DNA of 64,000 nucleotides from positions 436,380 through 500,379 of the forward strand of contig OZ246416.1 of the NCBI GenBank assembly GCA_965231095.1. The letters run 5' to 3'. The stretch comes from an uncultured Gammaproteobacteria bacterium. Its GTDB lineage: Bacteria > Patescibacteriota > Patescibacteriia > XYB2-FULL-38-15. A model generated the notes under the pieces. It saw only the letters and a list, made by a program, of their open reading frames with translations. It searched no databases and was not told where the DNA came from. A program made the position numbers and the translations under genes. This document shows, one piece after another, positions 36,499 through 45,505 of this stretch; position 1 is the stretch's first letter, and every line of letters starts with the position of its first letter.

Positions 36499-37653
36499 AT
36501 GACTCTTCCCTACCGCCGCCTCGTTTACATCTCATTTATCGTAATTTTTCTCATCATCACTCCGATTGTGATCTTATACACTACCGGATATCGTTATAAT
36601 TTTCAAACAAACAAAATTCAAAAAACAGGAATTCTTATTTTAAAATCAAACCCGACGGGAGCAAAAATTTATCTGAACGGAAAATTAAGAACGGAAACCA
36701 CTCCGGCCAGAATCGCGAATCTCCTGCCCGACGACTACGACATAAAAATTGAAAAAGAAAATTTCCACCCCTGGCAAAAAAAACTCCCCGTCCAAAGCAG
36801 CCTGACCATCTTCGCGGAAAACATCTCTCTTTTCGAAAAACTTCTGCCCGCCAAAATAGTTGAAACAAACTCTGAATTATTTAGCCTCGCGCCTAATAAA
36901 GAAAAAATTATTTATCTTGACAAAAAAGAAACTGGCGGAGAAGTCTGGCTTCTAAATTTTAGAAATAATAAAAACAATTTAATTTATAGAATTTCCGAAG
37001 ACAAAAATGAGATTGTTAATTTGGAGTGGAGCAACGACAATCAAAAAGTTCTGATTACCGTTAATTTCTCCGGCGCGGCGGAATCTCGTAAATATATTAT
37101 GGTAAACACTGGGAATGGCGAAGTCTCTGTTTACCAAAAGCTCTCTGATTTTTATTTTACTTTCCGGGGCGTTCCCATAAATTCAGCAGATGCCCATCTG
37201 CTCCCGGATCTGGATGTTGCCGCGGGATACTCTGGGGTGGTTGCCATTCTCGACAAGAATACAAAAAAACTTTCCGTGGTTCGACCGCCGGCGATGGATG
37301 TTCTTTTTGAAACGGGAGCTGACCGAATGGTTTGGTCGTCTGACGGAAAAAAACTTCTCTACACCATTGATTTTGAAATTTGGATTTATGATTTTTCCGC
37401 TGAGGAAAAAAAATTTATCAGCCGCTACGGCCAAGAGATAAAAAAAATAGATTGGGTTAACGAAAACTATATTGCCGCGCTTCTGGGCGGAGCTGTAAAA
37501 ATTATGGAACTCGATGAACGCGATCAACGAAACGTTATAGACATTATAACCCCGGAAGAAATTAGTAATTTTTTTATTGATCCCGCCAAACAAAGCATTT
37601 ATTTTTCCGGCGTGATTGGAAACAAAAAAGGAGTTTTTGAACTCCCATATTAA
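36499..37653 (+). CDS. PEGA-domain membrane protein with a C-terminal beta-propeller
   Basis: TM helix, GYRY, S.P.GAKIYLNG..TP..I..LLP..Y.I.IEK, then WS.DG repeats. Confidence 0.8.
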   Translation: MTLPYRRLVYISFIVIFLIITPIVILYTTGYRYNFQTNKIQKTGILILKSNPTGAKIYLNGKLRTETTPARIANLLPDDYDIKIEKENFHPWQKKLPVQSSLTIFAENISLFEKLLPAKIVETNSELFSLAPNKEKIIYLDKKETGGEVWLLNFRNNKNNLIYRISEDKNEIVNLEWSNDNQKVLITVNFSGAAESRKYIMVNTGNGEVSVYQKLSDFYFTFRGVPINSADAHLLPDLDVAAGYSGVVAILDKNTKKLSVVRPPAMDVLFETGADRMVWSSDGKKLLYTIDFEIWIYDFSAEEKKFISRYGQEIKKIDWVNENYIAALLGGAVKIMELDERDQRNVIDIITPEEISNFFIDPAKQSIYFSGVIGNKKGVFELPY

Positions 37654-37669
37654 ATTAATAAGTTACCCT

Positions 37670-38740
37670 CTATAACTCCACTGCTGAATTATCTCCGATT
37701 ATCATTTTATGGCCGAGCGGCAAACTGTCGGAACATGAAGCAATGACCGCGTTATGGCCAATCAAGCTGTCAACAATTCTTTTGCCGCATTTTATTTCCG
37801 CGTTATCAAAAATAATCGAATGTTCAATTTCCGTGTTGGTGATTTTAGTGTTATTGCCGATTGAAGTGTAGGGGCCGATATAGCTATCCTGGATCACGCA
37901 ATTTTGCCCAATCACAACCGGACCGCGAATTAGAGATTTTCCTCCGACAAAAGTTCCCTTTTCAATTTTTACTCTTCCTTGAATAACGACTCCCGGGGCC
38001 ACATTGGCCTCATTTTTTGTATCAGACAAATCGTGCAAAATTAATTGGTTTCCCTCAAGCAAATCTTCCGGCTTTCCCGTATCTTTCCACCAACCGGTAA
38101 TTTCTTCATATCCAACATTAAAACCTTTTTCAATTAAATAAGTATTGGCGTCGGAGATTTCATATTCGCCGCGCGGCGAGGGCAAAATATTTTCCACCGC
38201 GTCAAAAATGTGCGGGTCATAAATATAAATTCCCGTCTGGGCAAAATTGCTTTGGGGTTTAGCCGGTTTTTCCTCAACGCGAAGAACTTTTCCGTCTTGT
38301 ATAACCGGCACGCCAAATCTTTCCGGGTCGGAGACGCGGGCAAAAGCTAAAAGGACATTAAGCCGGTCGTTTACAAATTTATCCACGAACCTTTTAATGC
38401 TTCCCAAAATAATATTGTCGCCAAGATAAAAAATAAACGGTTCATTGCCCAAAAAATCTTTGGCATTTTTAACGATATGAGCCAAGCCTTTCGGCCCGCC
38501 GGATTGTTCAATGTAGGAAATTTTTAAACCCCAGCGGCTGCCGTCGCCAAGCGCGGGCTGAATTTCTTTTTCTCCGGGATTGATATTGATGCCAACTTCC
38601 TTCACGCCCGTCTCGGCGATTTTTTCCAACGCGTAAAACAACATCGGTTTGTTAGCAATGGGAATCAGGTGTTTATTGGTTGTATAAGTAATCGGCCGCA
38701 ATCTTGTCGCTCTTCCTCCGGCCGTAATCAAAGCTTTCAT
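37670..38740 (-). CDS. rfbA: Glucose-1-phosphate thymidylyltransferase (long form with C-terminal beta-helix)
   Basis: AGGRATRLRP, YLGDN, EKP, SPRGEYEI, WWKDTG. Confidence 0.92.
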   Translation of the reverse strand: MKALITAGGRATRLRPITYTTNKHLIPIANKPMLFYALEKIAETGVKEVGININPGEKEIQPALGDGSRWGLKISYIEQSGGPKGLAHIVKNAKDFLGNEPFIFYLGDNIILGSIKRFVDKFVNDRLNVLLAFARVSDPERFGVPVIQDGKVLRVEEKPAKPQSNFAQTGIYIYDPHIFDAVENILPSPRGEYEISDANTYLIEKGFNVGYEEITGWWKDTGKPEDLLEGNQLILHDLSDTKNEANVAPGVVIQGRVKIEKGTFVGGKSLIRGPVVIGQNCVIQDSYIGPYTSIGNNTKITNTEIEHSIIFDNAEIKCGKRIVDSLIGHNAVIASCSDSLPLGHKMIIGDNSAVEL

Positions 38741-38763
38741 AAAATATATAAATTACAAATACT

Positions 38764-39603
38764 TTATACTCTCAAATACTCAGCGAGCGCTTCTTCCCAC
38801 TTCCGCATTGGCGGAAGTTTGGTATTTAATAAAACTGAATATTTTGGTCTTTTGGCGGGACGAGGAAATCTTTCCGCGCCTACCGGTATTAACTTAACAC
38901 TTTTCCCGGATAATTCAAATATTTTCTTGGCCCAACCGTACCAAGTGCAAGACCCCTCATTTGTCACATGATAAATTCCAAACGGTTTTTTCCATTCAAT
39001 AATCTCTCTTGTCCGACGCGCTAAATCGCAAGCATAAGTCGGGGAACTTAATTCTTCGTCAACCAATTCCAAACAATCCCTTTCTTCGGCACACTTTAAC
39101 ATCACATCAACAAAACTTTTTTTCGCGCCCTCGCTTACCGCCGCTTTTCCAAACAGCCGCGACGTTCTTATCAAATAATATTTTTCATTTTTAATTTGTT
39201 GCTCACCTATCAATTTAGAATTGGCGTATACGCTCTGCGGATTTGGCGTCGCGTCTTCCTTGTATCCATCAATCTCTTTCCCATCAAAAACATAATCAGT
39301 GCTGTAATGAACTAAAATCGCGCCGACCGCCTCGGCCGCTTCGGATAAATTTCCCACCGCGTAACCATTAATTTCTTCACCCAATTCTTTGTCGCTTTCT
39401 TCAATTTTGTCCACCGCATTATAAGCCGCGGCGTTAATAATAATTTCCGGTTTTAAATCGGAGATTTTTTTATTAACCTCTTCTTTTTTTGTAATATCAA
39501 TCTCTTCTTTATCCCAAGAGCTAACTTCATATCCATTTTCCCCGAATTCCCCTGCCAAAACCTGCCCCAACATTCCCTTTGATCCAATGATTAAAACCTT
39601 CAT
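38764..39603 (-). CDS. rfbD: dTDP-4-dehydrorhamnose reductase
   Basis: GSKGMLG, STDYVFDG, YANSK, RPAKRP. Confidence 0.92.
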   Translation of the reverse strand: MKVLIIGSKGMLGQVLAGEFGENGYEVSSWDKEEIDITKKEEVNKKISDLKPEIIINAAAYNAVDKIEESDKELGEEINGYAVGNLSEAAEAVGAILVHYSTDYVFDGKEIDGYKEDATPNPQSVYANSKLIGEQQIKNEKYYLIRTSRLFGKAAVSEGAKKSFVDVMLKCAEERDCLELVDEELSSPTYACDLARRTREIIEWKKPFGIYHVTNEGSCTWYGWAKKIFELSGKSVKLIPVGAERFPRPAKRPKYSVLLNTKLPPMRKWEEALAEYLRV

Positions 39604-39682
39604 AAATAGACTAAATTTAAATATTTCTCACTCTATTTACTTTACTAAAATACCCGTTTTTCGTCAATCCTTAGCCCGCAGA

Positions 39683-39725
39683 TAAAAAAACGCCGTCTGG
39701 GTAGCTGCGTGCTGCCAGACGGCGT
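39683..39725 (-). terminator. Terminator after the GC-rich orphan gene
   Basis: Minus strand acgccgtctgg..ccagacggcgt followed by a T run. Confidence 0.75.
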
Positions 39726-39763
39726 AAAGTCAATCCTCCTTACTCGGATCAGGCCGCGGCCGA

Positions 39764-40345
39764 TTACCACCACAAAACCTTGGCCAGGGCGGCAAGCGAC
39801 CGACCGTCGGTGGACTGCTTCCGGAACTCGGCCGGGGTCATGAGCTCGGCTTCCGGGATGGCGTTGACCTCCACGGAATAGACCGCGATCATGCCCACGA
39901 TGCGCTGGGGATTGGATTCGATGTAGCCCACAGGCTCGAGTCCCTTCTCGGCCAGTTCGCCTTTGGAGATGCTCGAGGGTTTCAGCTCCAGCATCTCGCC
40001 GTTCAGGCCCTTGGCCTTGCGGACGCGCACCTTGATCTGCCCGTGCTGGTGGTTCCACTCCACGATGACGTGACCCACGACGCGCGAGCTGCCGTCCTCG
40101 GGCTGCGAGAGGTTGGGCTCTTCGTAGAGCACGAGCTGGCCCCAGCCGCCGCGATCCACGTAGCGCCCGTCGAAGAACTTGCCATCGCCCCGACCACTCC
40201 GACCCGTCGCCGGATCGAAGCACCAGAGCTCGGCCTCCTTGCCATCCTCAACCTTCTTCGTGAGGATCGGATCGAGCTCGAGGCAAACGACGACATCTTC
40301 GCCCAAACGCCTTCGCGCCTCTTCCAAAACGATGATCTGTACCAT
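39764..40345 (-). CDS. GC-rich hypothetical protein, weakly resembling an NDP-hexose 2,3-dehydratase half-domain
   Basis: Start MVQII after a purine-rich RBS; DGKFF..WGQLVLYEEP..VGHVIV..K.KG..LELKPS; codons such as AAG, TTC and ATC differ from the flanks. Confidence 0.6.
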   Translation of the reverse strand: MVQIIVLEEARRRLGEDVVVCLELDPILTKKVEDGKEAELWCFDPATGRSGRGDGKFFDGRYVDRGGWGQLVLYEEPNLSQPEDGSSRVVGHVIVEWNHQHGQIKVRVRKAKGLNGEMLELKPSSISKGELAEKGLEPVGYIESNPQRIVGMIAVYSVEVNAIPEAELMTPAEFRKQSTDGRSLAALAKVLWW

Positions 40346-40394
40346 CTCTTTCTTTCCTTCCTTGAAGCCCCCTTGGCTTCTTGTTGATATTGAT

Positions 40395-40423
40395 AACTTA
40401 AAACAAAAAACGAATAATGTCAA
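40395..40423 (-). promoter_or_regulatory. Sigma70 promoter for the orphan gene
   Basis: TTGACA, 17-nt spacer, TAAGTT, directly after a terminator hairpin. Confidence 0.65.
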
Positions 40424-40431
40424 GAACAGCA

Positions 40432-40451
40432 AAGCGGCCTTTCGGCCGCTT
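40432..40451 (-). terminator. Hairpin with a GAAA loop
   Basis: Minus strand aagcggcc gaaa ggccgctt. Confidence 0.65.
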
Positions 40452-40470
40452 AATTTTTATTTAATAACCC

Positions 40471-40653
40471 CTATTTTTCTTCTTCCCCGCGCAAAAGTTT
40501 ATGCAATTTTCGTAACGCGTGCGTTCTCTGCTCCGGCGTTCCTCTTTGCGCCAATTTTTCCAGTTCGGCAATTCTCCGTTGTTTTTCTGCGAGCGCTTCG
40601 AAAGACTTTTTTTTATCTGCAAATGCTTCAGCCGAACTCATTCCTTCTCTCAT
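40471..40653 (-). CDS. Small charged helical hypothetical protein
   Basis: 60-aa ORF in operon orientation that fills the gap. Confidence 0.55.
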   Translation of the reverse strand: MREGMSSAEAFADKKKSFEALAEKQRRIAELEKLAQRGTPEQRTHALRKLHKLLRGEEEK

Positions 40654-40672
40654 ATTTTTATAATTATATTTT

Positions 40673-41089
40673 TTATGATTTTATATAATTTTTACTCACT
40701 TTTTTAAATTCTTCATAATCTTCAATATAGTCGCTCCGGTCTGGATTATAGTTTGTTGACGAAAGCGCGAAGAGCACGGCATCCGGTGAAAAATCTTTAA
40801 AATGATGCCAAACAAAATTCGGGACGTAAAGGGCGCCCGTTGGACCAACAAGCGGAATTTCTTCTAGGCCATTTCCTTTATCAATTACCGCCGTACAAGT
40901 TCCTTGGATTAAAACAAAAAACTCTTCTTCAATTTTGTGGCAATGGGCGCCGGTCGGAGCTTGGGGTTTCGTAATAAAATAAACTCGCTTCACGGGAAAA
41001 TCAATATAATCTTTAAGTTCCACCGGATTCATCACAAATTTCGGCGTTTCTATTTTTTTAAGTTCAAAAACCTTAAATTCTTTTGCCAT
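40673..41089 (-). CDS. FdtA/QdtA (WxcM-like) sugar 3,4-ketoisomerase cupin
   Basis: F.VKRVYFI, GAHCHK, VWH, STNY...DYI.DY. Confidence 0.8.
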   Translation of the reverse strand: MAKEFKVFELKKIETPKFVMNPVELKDYIDFPVKRVYFITKPQAPTGAHCHKIEEEFFVLIQGTCTAVIDKGNGLEEIPLVGPTGALYVPNFVWHHFKDFSPDAVLFALSSTNYNPDRSDYIEDYEEFKKVSKNYIKS

Positions 41090-41090
41090 A

Positions 41091-42104
41091 TTATTTGATA
41101 TGCGGGTTTAACTCTTCTTTTCTCTTTTGTATCTTTTCTACCCATTCTTTATTTGCCAGATACCATTCTACTGTCTCGCGCATACCCTGCTCAAATTTAT
41201 CTCGGCCATATTCCGGCGCCCACCCTAAAGCCATAATCTTTGACGCGTCAATCGCATAACGCCGGTCATGGCCTGGACGGTCAACGACATGCTCAATCAT
41301 TTCTTCTCCCTTACCCATAATTTTTAACATCATCTTTGTAATTTCCATATTGCTCCGTTCGTTATCAACGCCGATATTATAAACCTCTCCCACCGCGCCT
41401 TTGTGGAGTAATAGATCTAACGCCGCGGTGTGATCAGTTACATAAATCCAGTCGCGGACATAAAGCCCGTCGCCGTAAACCGGAACTTTTTGATCGCTAA
41501 GCAAACGAAAAATAAAAAAGGGAATTATTTTTTCCGGAAACTGGTATGGGCCATAATTGTTGGAGCAATGCGTGACGACCACCGGAACTTTGTGCGTCAC
41601 AAAATAAGCGTTGCACATCAGATCTCCGCCGGCTTTAGCCGCGGCATAAGGCATGTTAGGCCAGATCGGAGTTGACTCAATAAATTTTTTATCCTCATCA
41701 AGTCCAAGCGCGCCATAAACCTCGTCAGTTGAAACATTTACAAATTTTTCTAAATTATTTACGCGCACCGCGTCCAAAATCATCTGCACGCCCAAGGTAT
41801 TGGTCATAACAAAATCCTTGCAGCCGCCGTGGATTGAACGGTCAACATGAGTTTCCGCGGCAAAGTTTATCACGTGCGTGATGCCATGATCTTTTATCAC
41901 CTGATTTAATTTTTCCAAATCACAAATATCACCCTGAACAAAAGTGTAGTTCAAATTATTTTCCACATCGCGTAAATTATCTAAATTCCCCGCGTAAGTC
42001 AGCTTATCGTAATTTACGATTTTGTAGTCCGGATATTTTTTTAGCATTTGCCGGACAAAATTTGATCCGATAAATCCGGCCCCTCCACAAACCAATAAAT
42101 TCAT
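41091..42104 (-). CDS. rfbB: dTDP-glucose 4,6-dehydratase
   Basis: GGAGFIGSNF, DKLTYAGN, AAETHVDRSI, STDEVYG, RPGHDRRY. Confidence 0.95.
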   Translation of the reverse strand: MNLLVCGGAGFIGSNFVRQMLKKYPDYKIVNYDKLTYAGNLDNLRDVENNLNYTFVQGDICDLEKLNQVIKDHGITHVINFAAETHVDRSIHGGCKDFVMTNTLGVQMILDAVRVNNLEKFVNVSTDEVYGALGLDEDKKFIESTPIWPNMPYAAAKAGGDLMCNAYFVTHKVPVVVTHCSNNYGPYQFPEKIIPFFIFRLLSDQKVPVYGDGLYVRDWIYVTDHTAALDLLLHKGAVGEVYNIGVDNERSNMEITKMMLKIMGKGEEMIEHVVDRPGHDRRYAIDASKIMALGWAPEYGRDKFEQGMRETVEWYLANKEWVEKIQKRKEELNPHIK

Positions 42105-42114
42105 ATTTTTACTC

Positions 42115-42645
42115 TTAATTTTTAAAATATTTTCTTACCATTGCCCAAGCGGCCATGGTTTCTCCGTCCCAAATTTCATTTGTTTCAATCATCTTATCAA
42201 TTTCTTCCGGCGTTTTATATAAAACTTCAATTTCTTCCGACTCTTCAGGGTGGCTTTCCCCCTTTTTCAAATTTTTTGCCAAAAAAACTCTCACTAATTC
42301 TTTCGAAAAACCTCGCGACGGAGCAAACTCACCAATAAATTTTAAATCTCCCTGATAACCGGTTTCTTCTTCAAGTTCAGTTTGGGCTGCCCTCTCGGGA
42401 GTTTGTCCATCTTTAATACAACCCGAACAAAGTTCTATACAATCTCTATCAAAAAGATAACGATACTGCTTTACTAAAACAATCCGCCCGTCGTCCAAAA
42501 TTGGCACGACCATACTCCCACCAGGATTATCAAAATAATAATAATCCCCTTCCTTACCATTTGGCAACTTAAATTTATCGTGCTTATAAGTCCACCACGG
42601 ATTTTTATGTAAAACTTCTTCGCTTAATTTTTTGTATCTTTTCAT
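42115..42645 (-). CDS. NUDIX hydrolase (ADP-ribose pyrophosphatase-like)
   Basis: LVKQYRY and G.....TPERAAQTELEEETG. Confidence 0.85.
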   Translation of the reverse strand: MKRYKKLSEEVLHKNPWWTYKHDKFKLPNGKEGDYYYFDNPGGSMVVPILDDGRIVLVKQYRYLFDRDCIELCSGCIKDGQTPERAAQTELEEETGYQGDLKFIGEFAPSRGFSKELVRVFLAKNLKKGESHPEESEEIEVLYKTPEEIDKMIETNEIWDGETMAAWAMVRKYFKN

Positions 42646-43052
42646 ACAATTTCTTTTCTAATTTTTTCTCCGATCTCCGCCATCTCCCCTTCTTTATACG
42701 GCTTTGTTCTTGACCACGGATGCAAGCCGTCGCCTTCAAAACGCGGAATGATATGCCAATGCAAATGCGGCACAACTTGGCCGGCAATCGCGCCGTTATT
42801 TTGTCCAACATTAAAACCCTTGAGGTTAAACGCCTTCGTCATTCCCCAAGCCACCTTTTTGATCGTAATCATTATTTCTTTTAAAATTCCCTCGTCGCCG
42901 TCCAGTAAATTTTCAAAATGTTCTTTCGGAACAACGAGCGTATGGCCGGGATTAACCGGATTAATATCCAAAAATGCCACGGTTTTATCATTTTCATAAA
43001 CTTTAACCGAGGGAAGTTCGCCCTTGATAATTTTACAAAAAATGCAATCCAT
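42642..43052 (-). CDS. HIT family nucleotide hydrolase
   Basis: DCIFCKI, GHTLVVPK, HLHWHIIPR. Confidence 0.93.
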   Translation of the reverse strand: MDCIFCKIIKGELPSVKVYENDKTVAFLDINPVNPGHTLVVPKEHFENLLDGDEGILKEIMITIKKVAWGMTKAFNLKGFNVGQNNGAIAGQVVPHLHWHIIPRFEGDGLHPWSRTKPYKEGEMAEIGEKIRKEIV

Positions 43053-43056
43053 ATTT

Positions 43057-43257
43057 TTATTCTTTAATTTTTTGTTTCTCCAATAGTATTGTCAGGATAC
43101 CAGAAACTAAAGGAATCATCAAGAGCAAATTAAAACTAATATAAAAACTTACAAAGCCGGGCTGGAACCATTCCAAAAGTCCAAAAATAATAAAAGAAAC
43201 AAAAGAAATCGCAAATGCGTCCCGGAAAATTTTATAGAAAAATTCTTTTATTGTCAT
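43057..43257 (-). CDS. Small two-TM protein
   Basis: Two hydrophobic segments; overlaps the upstream stop codon. Confidence 0.65.
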   Translation of the reverse strand: MTIKEFFYKIFRDAFAISFVSFIIFGLLEWFQPGFVSFYISFNLLLMIPLVSGILTILLEKQKIKE

Positions 43258-43847
43258 AAAATTTTGTTTAACCGATCAATTATCTCTTCCAAAACTTTGT
43301 TGGCCACTTCTTTTTCCGTCATCGGCTTCCGAAGGAAAAGCGCCCTAATTTTATAAATCACAATGTCCCCAACTTGCAGCTCCGGCGCGGAAAATCCAAA
43401 TCTGAATTTTTTCCCTTCGGGCGCGAGCTTTCCCAATTCAAAAATTTCCGTTTTTGTCTGAAGGGCTCCTTCGGTCGGCGGCAGTTCACGGAAATCAAAC
43501 GCCCAATCGTCTTTATTTGCGAGGCCGCCGAACTTTATCGGCACGCCGGATAAATTTTTATATTTTATCGTCACAGCTACTTGGGAAAAATTACTATTTG
43601 GACTCAAGTCAAAATAAACCGGCTCGTCTTTAAAAACACGATAAGCTTCCTGGTCGGCGTCTCGTTTAATTTCCGAGACTCTATCCTTGGGATAAAGCTT
43701 GGAAATAAACGGCGTCTCGCGAGCCATGTCGTAAGTTGCCTCCATTCTTCCGCCCGGCGTAATCGCTTTCGCGGTAAGCCAGCCCAAAATAATAATGGGA
43801 ATAAAAATTAAAATTACGCGGATAAATTTATGCCAAAAAGAAAGCAT
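43254..43847 (-). CDS. Membrane-anchored hypothetical protein
   Basis: N-terminal TM helix, then a beta-rich domain. Confidence 0.65.
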   Translation of the reverse strand: MLSFWHKFIRVILIFIPIIILGWLTAKAITPGGRMEATYDMARETPFISKLYPKDRVSEIKRDADQEAYRVFKDEPVYFDLSPNSNFSQVAVTIKYKNLSGVPIKFGGLANKDDWAFDFRELPPTEGALQTKTEIFELGKLAPEGKKFRFGFSAPELQVGDIVIYKIRALFLRKPMTEKEVANKVLEEIIDRLNKIL

Positions 43848-43864
43848 ACTTAAAAACTCATTTC

Positions 43865-45496
43865 TTAATTCTCATTTTTCAATTCTAACTTATAAAGCGT
43901 CTCTGCTCCAAAATTCTTTACTTCGGTTATCTCAATCTCTTCGCGATTGATTCTGCCATCATAAAGATAATTCATTTCTCGCTCAACGAGCGGTAATCCA
44001 TAATAATAAAGCGGAAAAGTTTTCGCGAGTTCGGGAATCGCGGTATAAGTGCTCTCTTCGCGAAGCGGCACAATCACCCGATGATCCGGAAAAAATATTT
44101 TGTCGGCGCGGTCAACAATAATTATCGCTTCGGCAGGAATCATCTCGTTCACCGTTTTGGCAATCGCGGCGTAATCCCAAACATTTTTATAAATATAAGC
44201 TAACCCGTCATTTTTATCAAAAAATACAAGATTCACTCCAAAAAGAATAAATATCAAACAAAGTACGCCGGCAAAAAGTTTTTCTTTCCAAGGGCGAATA
44301 AAATCAATTAATTTCGCGAGAGTAAACGCGACAAGCGGCAGCGACAAAATATAAATCGGCAACCAATAGCGCGTGTAAGAAGTTCCGATTGACGCAACCT
44401 TCGCCGGATTGTCATAAAAAACCCAGCTGCCGTAATACAAAAATAAAAATAAAGAAATAAATCCGCCAAGAGACAGATAAGATATAATTTTTTTATCTAA
44501 CTTTCCGGCGATTAATCTTCTGATAAAAACTACCGCGCCAAAAGCTGCGGGAAGGGCAAACCACCAAAACATTCCCGCAAAATACGTGGAGAAATTTTTC
44601 AAAATATTTTTAATCTGGAGACCAAAAGGAAAAATAAATTTTACGGCCGGCGTAAACCACCCCACTCCGGAAACCGCCGTGCTCCCCTCTCCTAAATTAT
44701 AAGCTGTTGTGAGCGGCTCGCCATAGATTGTCTGATTGTAAAAAATAACTGGAATGAAAGCCAGCCCCGCGGGAAGTAAAAAGACAATCACTTCAAGCCA
44801 TTTTAAATTTTTTCTATAAATTAAAAATAATAAAAAGAGCGCCGCGCCGACCCAAATTATTTCTGACAGCCGAACAGTTAAGGCTAAACCAAAAAATAAA
44901 CCAGCAAAAATATAATCGAGATAATTTAAAACCGGATTCTTTGGTTTTCCGCGCCCAACCAAAAAATAAAATCCCGCGAGTATCAGTGAGATAAATAAAA
45001 TATTCGGGAAAAATCCGCGGCTCGCGTAATACCAAAAAGCCGGATGAACTAAGAGTAAAAAAGCTGACCAAAGAGCGATTCTCCGATCAAAAATATTTTT
45101 TACAATTTTGTAAAGAAAAAAAACAGCGGCAATGGCAAAAAAGGGGGTAAGCCACCAAACTATTCCCAGGGTAAAAATTTTTGCCAACCACCCATAAATT
45201 AAAATCAATCCCAAAAAACTTCCCGGGATAAGATTTCCGCCCGAGGTCGTGATGCTCCGCGGATGAACTATTCCGCCAGTCGTAAGATTCAACGGTTCAA
45301 AAACTTTAAGCGTTCCCTCCACAACGTAATTTTTTATAAAAAAATAATTGGCCGCCTCATCTGGCGAATTAAATTTCGCTGTCGCGGCCGCTGTTCCCAA
45401 ATAAAACCATGAATAAATAAAGAAAAAAACGAGCGCTAAAAAAATCAACGCGGTTTCCGCCCTATTTCCCTTTATCCATTTTATGATAGAATACAT
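43865..45496 (-). CDS. GT-C fold (ArnT/PMT-like) membrane glycosyltransferase
   Basis: SPDE motif after TM1; many TM helices; RYWLP. Confidence 0.75.
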   Translation of the reverse strand: MYSIIKWIKGNRAETALIFLALVFFFIYSWFYLGTAAATAKFNSPDEAANYFFIKNYVVEGTLKVFEPLNLTTGGIVHPRSITTSGGNLIPGSFLGLILIYGWLAKIFTLGIVWWLTPFFAIAAVFFLYKIVKNIFDRRIALWSAFLLLVHPAFWYYASRGFFPNILFISLILAGFYFLVGRGKPKNPVLNYLDYIFAGLFFGLALTVRLSEIIWVGAALFLLFLIYRKNLKWLEVIVFLLPAGLAFIPVIFYNQTIYGEPLTTAYNLGEGSTAVSGVGWFTPAVKFIFPFGLQIKNILKNFSTYFAGMFWWFALPAAFGAVVFIRRLIAGKLDKKIISYLSLGGFISLFLFLYYGSWVFYDNPAKVASIGTSYTRYWLPIYILSLPLVAFTLAKLIDFIRPWKEKLFAGVLCLIFILFGVNLVFFDKNDGLAYIYKNVWDYAAIAKTVNEMIPAEAIIIVDRADKIFFPDHRVIVPLREESTYTAIPELAKTFPLYYYGLPLVEREMNYLYDGRINREEIEITEVKNFGAETLYKLELKNEN

Positions 45497-45505
45497 AAAT
45501 CAATT

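Noticed and set aside
39645-40688. Several overlapping alternative ORFs in the GC-rich insert
   Set aside because: Expected from the low stop-codon frequency of GC-rich DNA; only 39764-40345 has promoter, RBS and terminator support.
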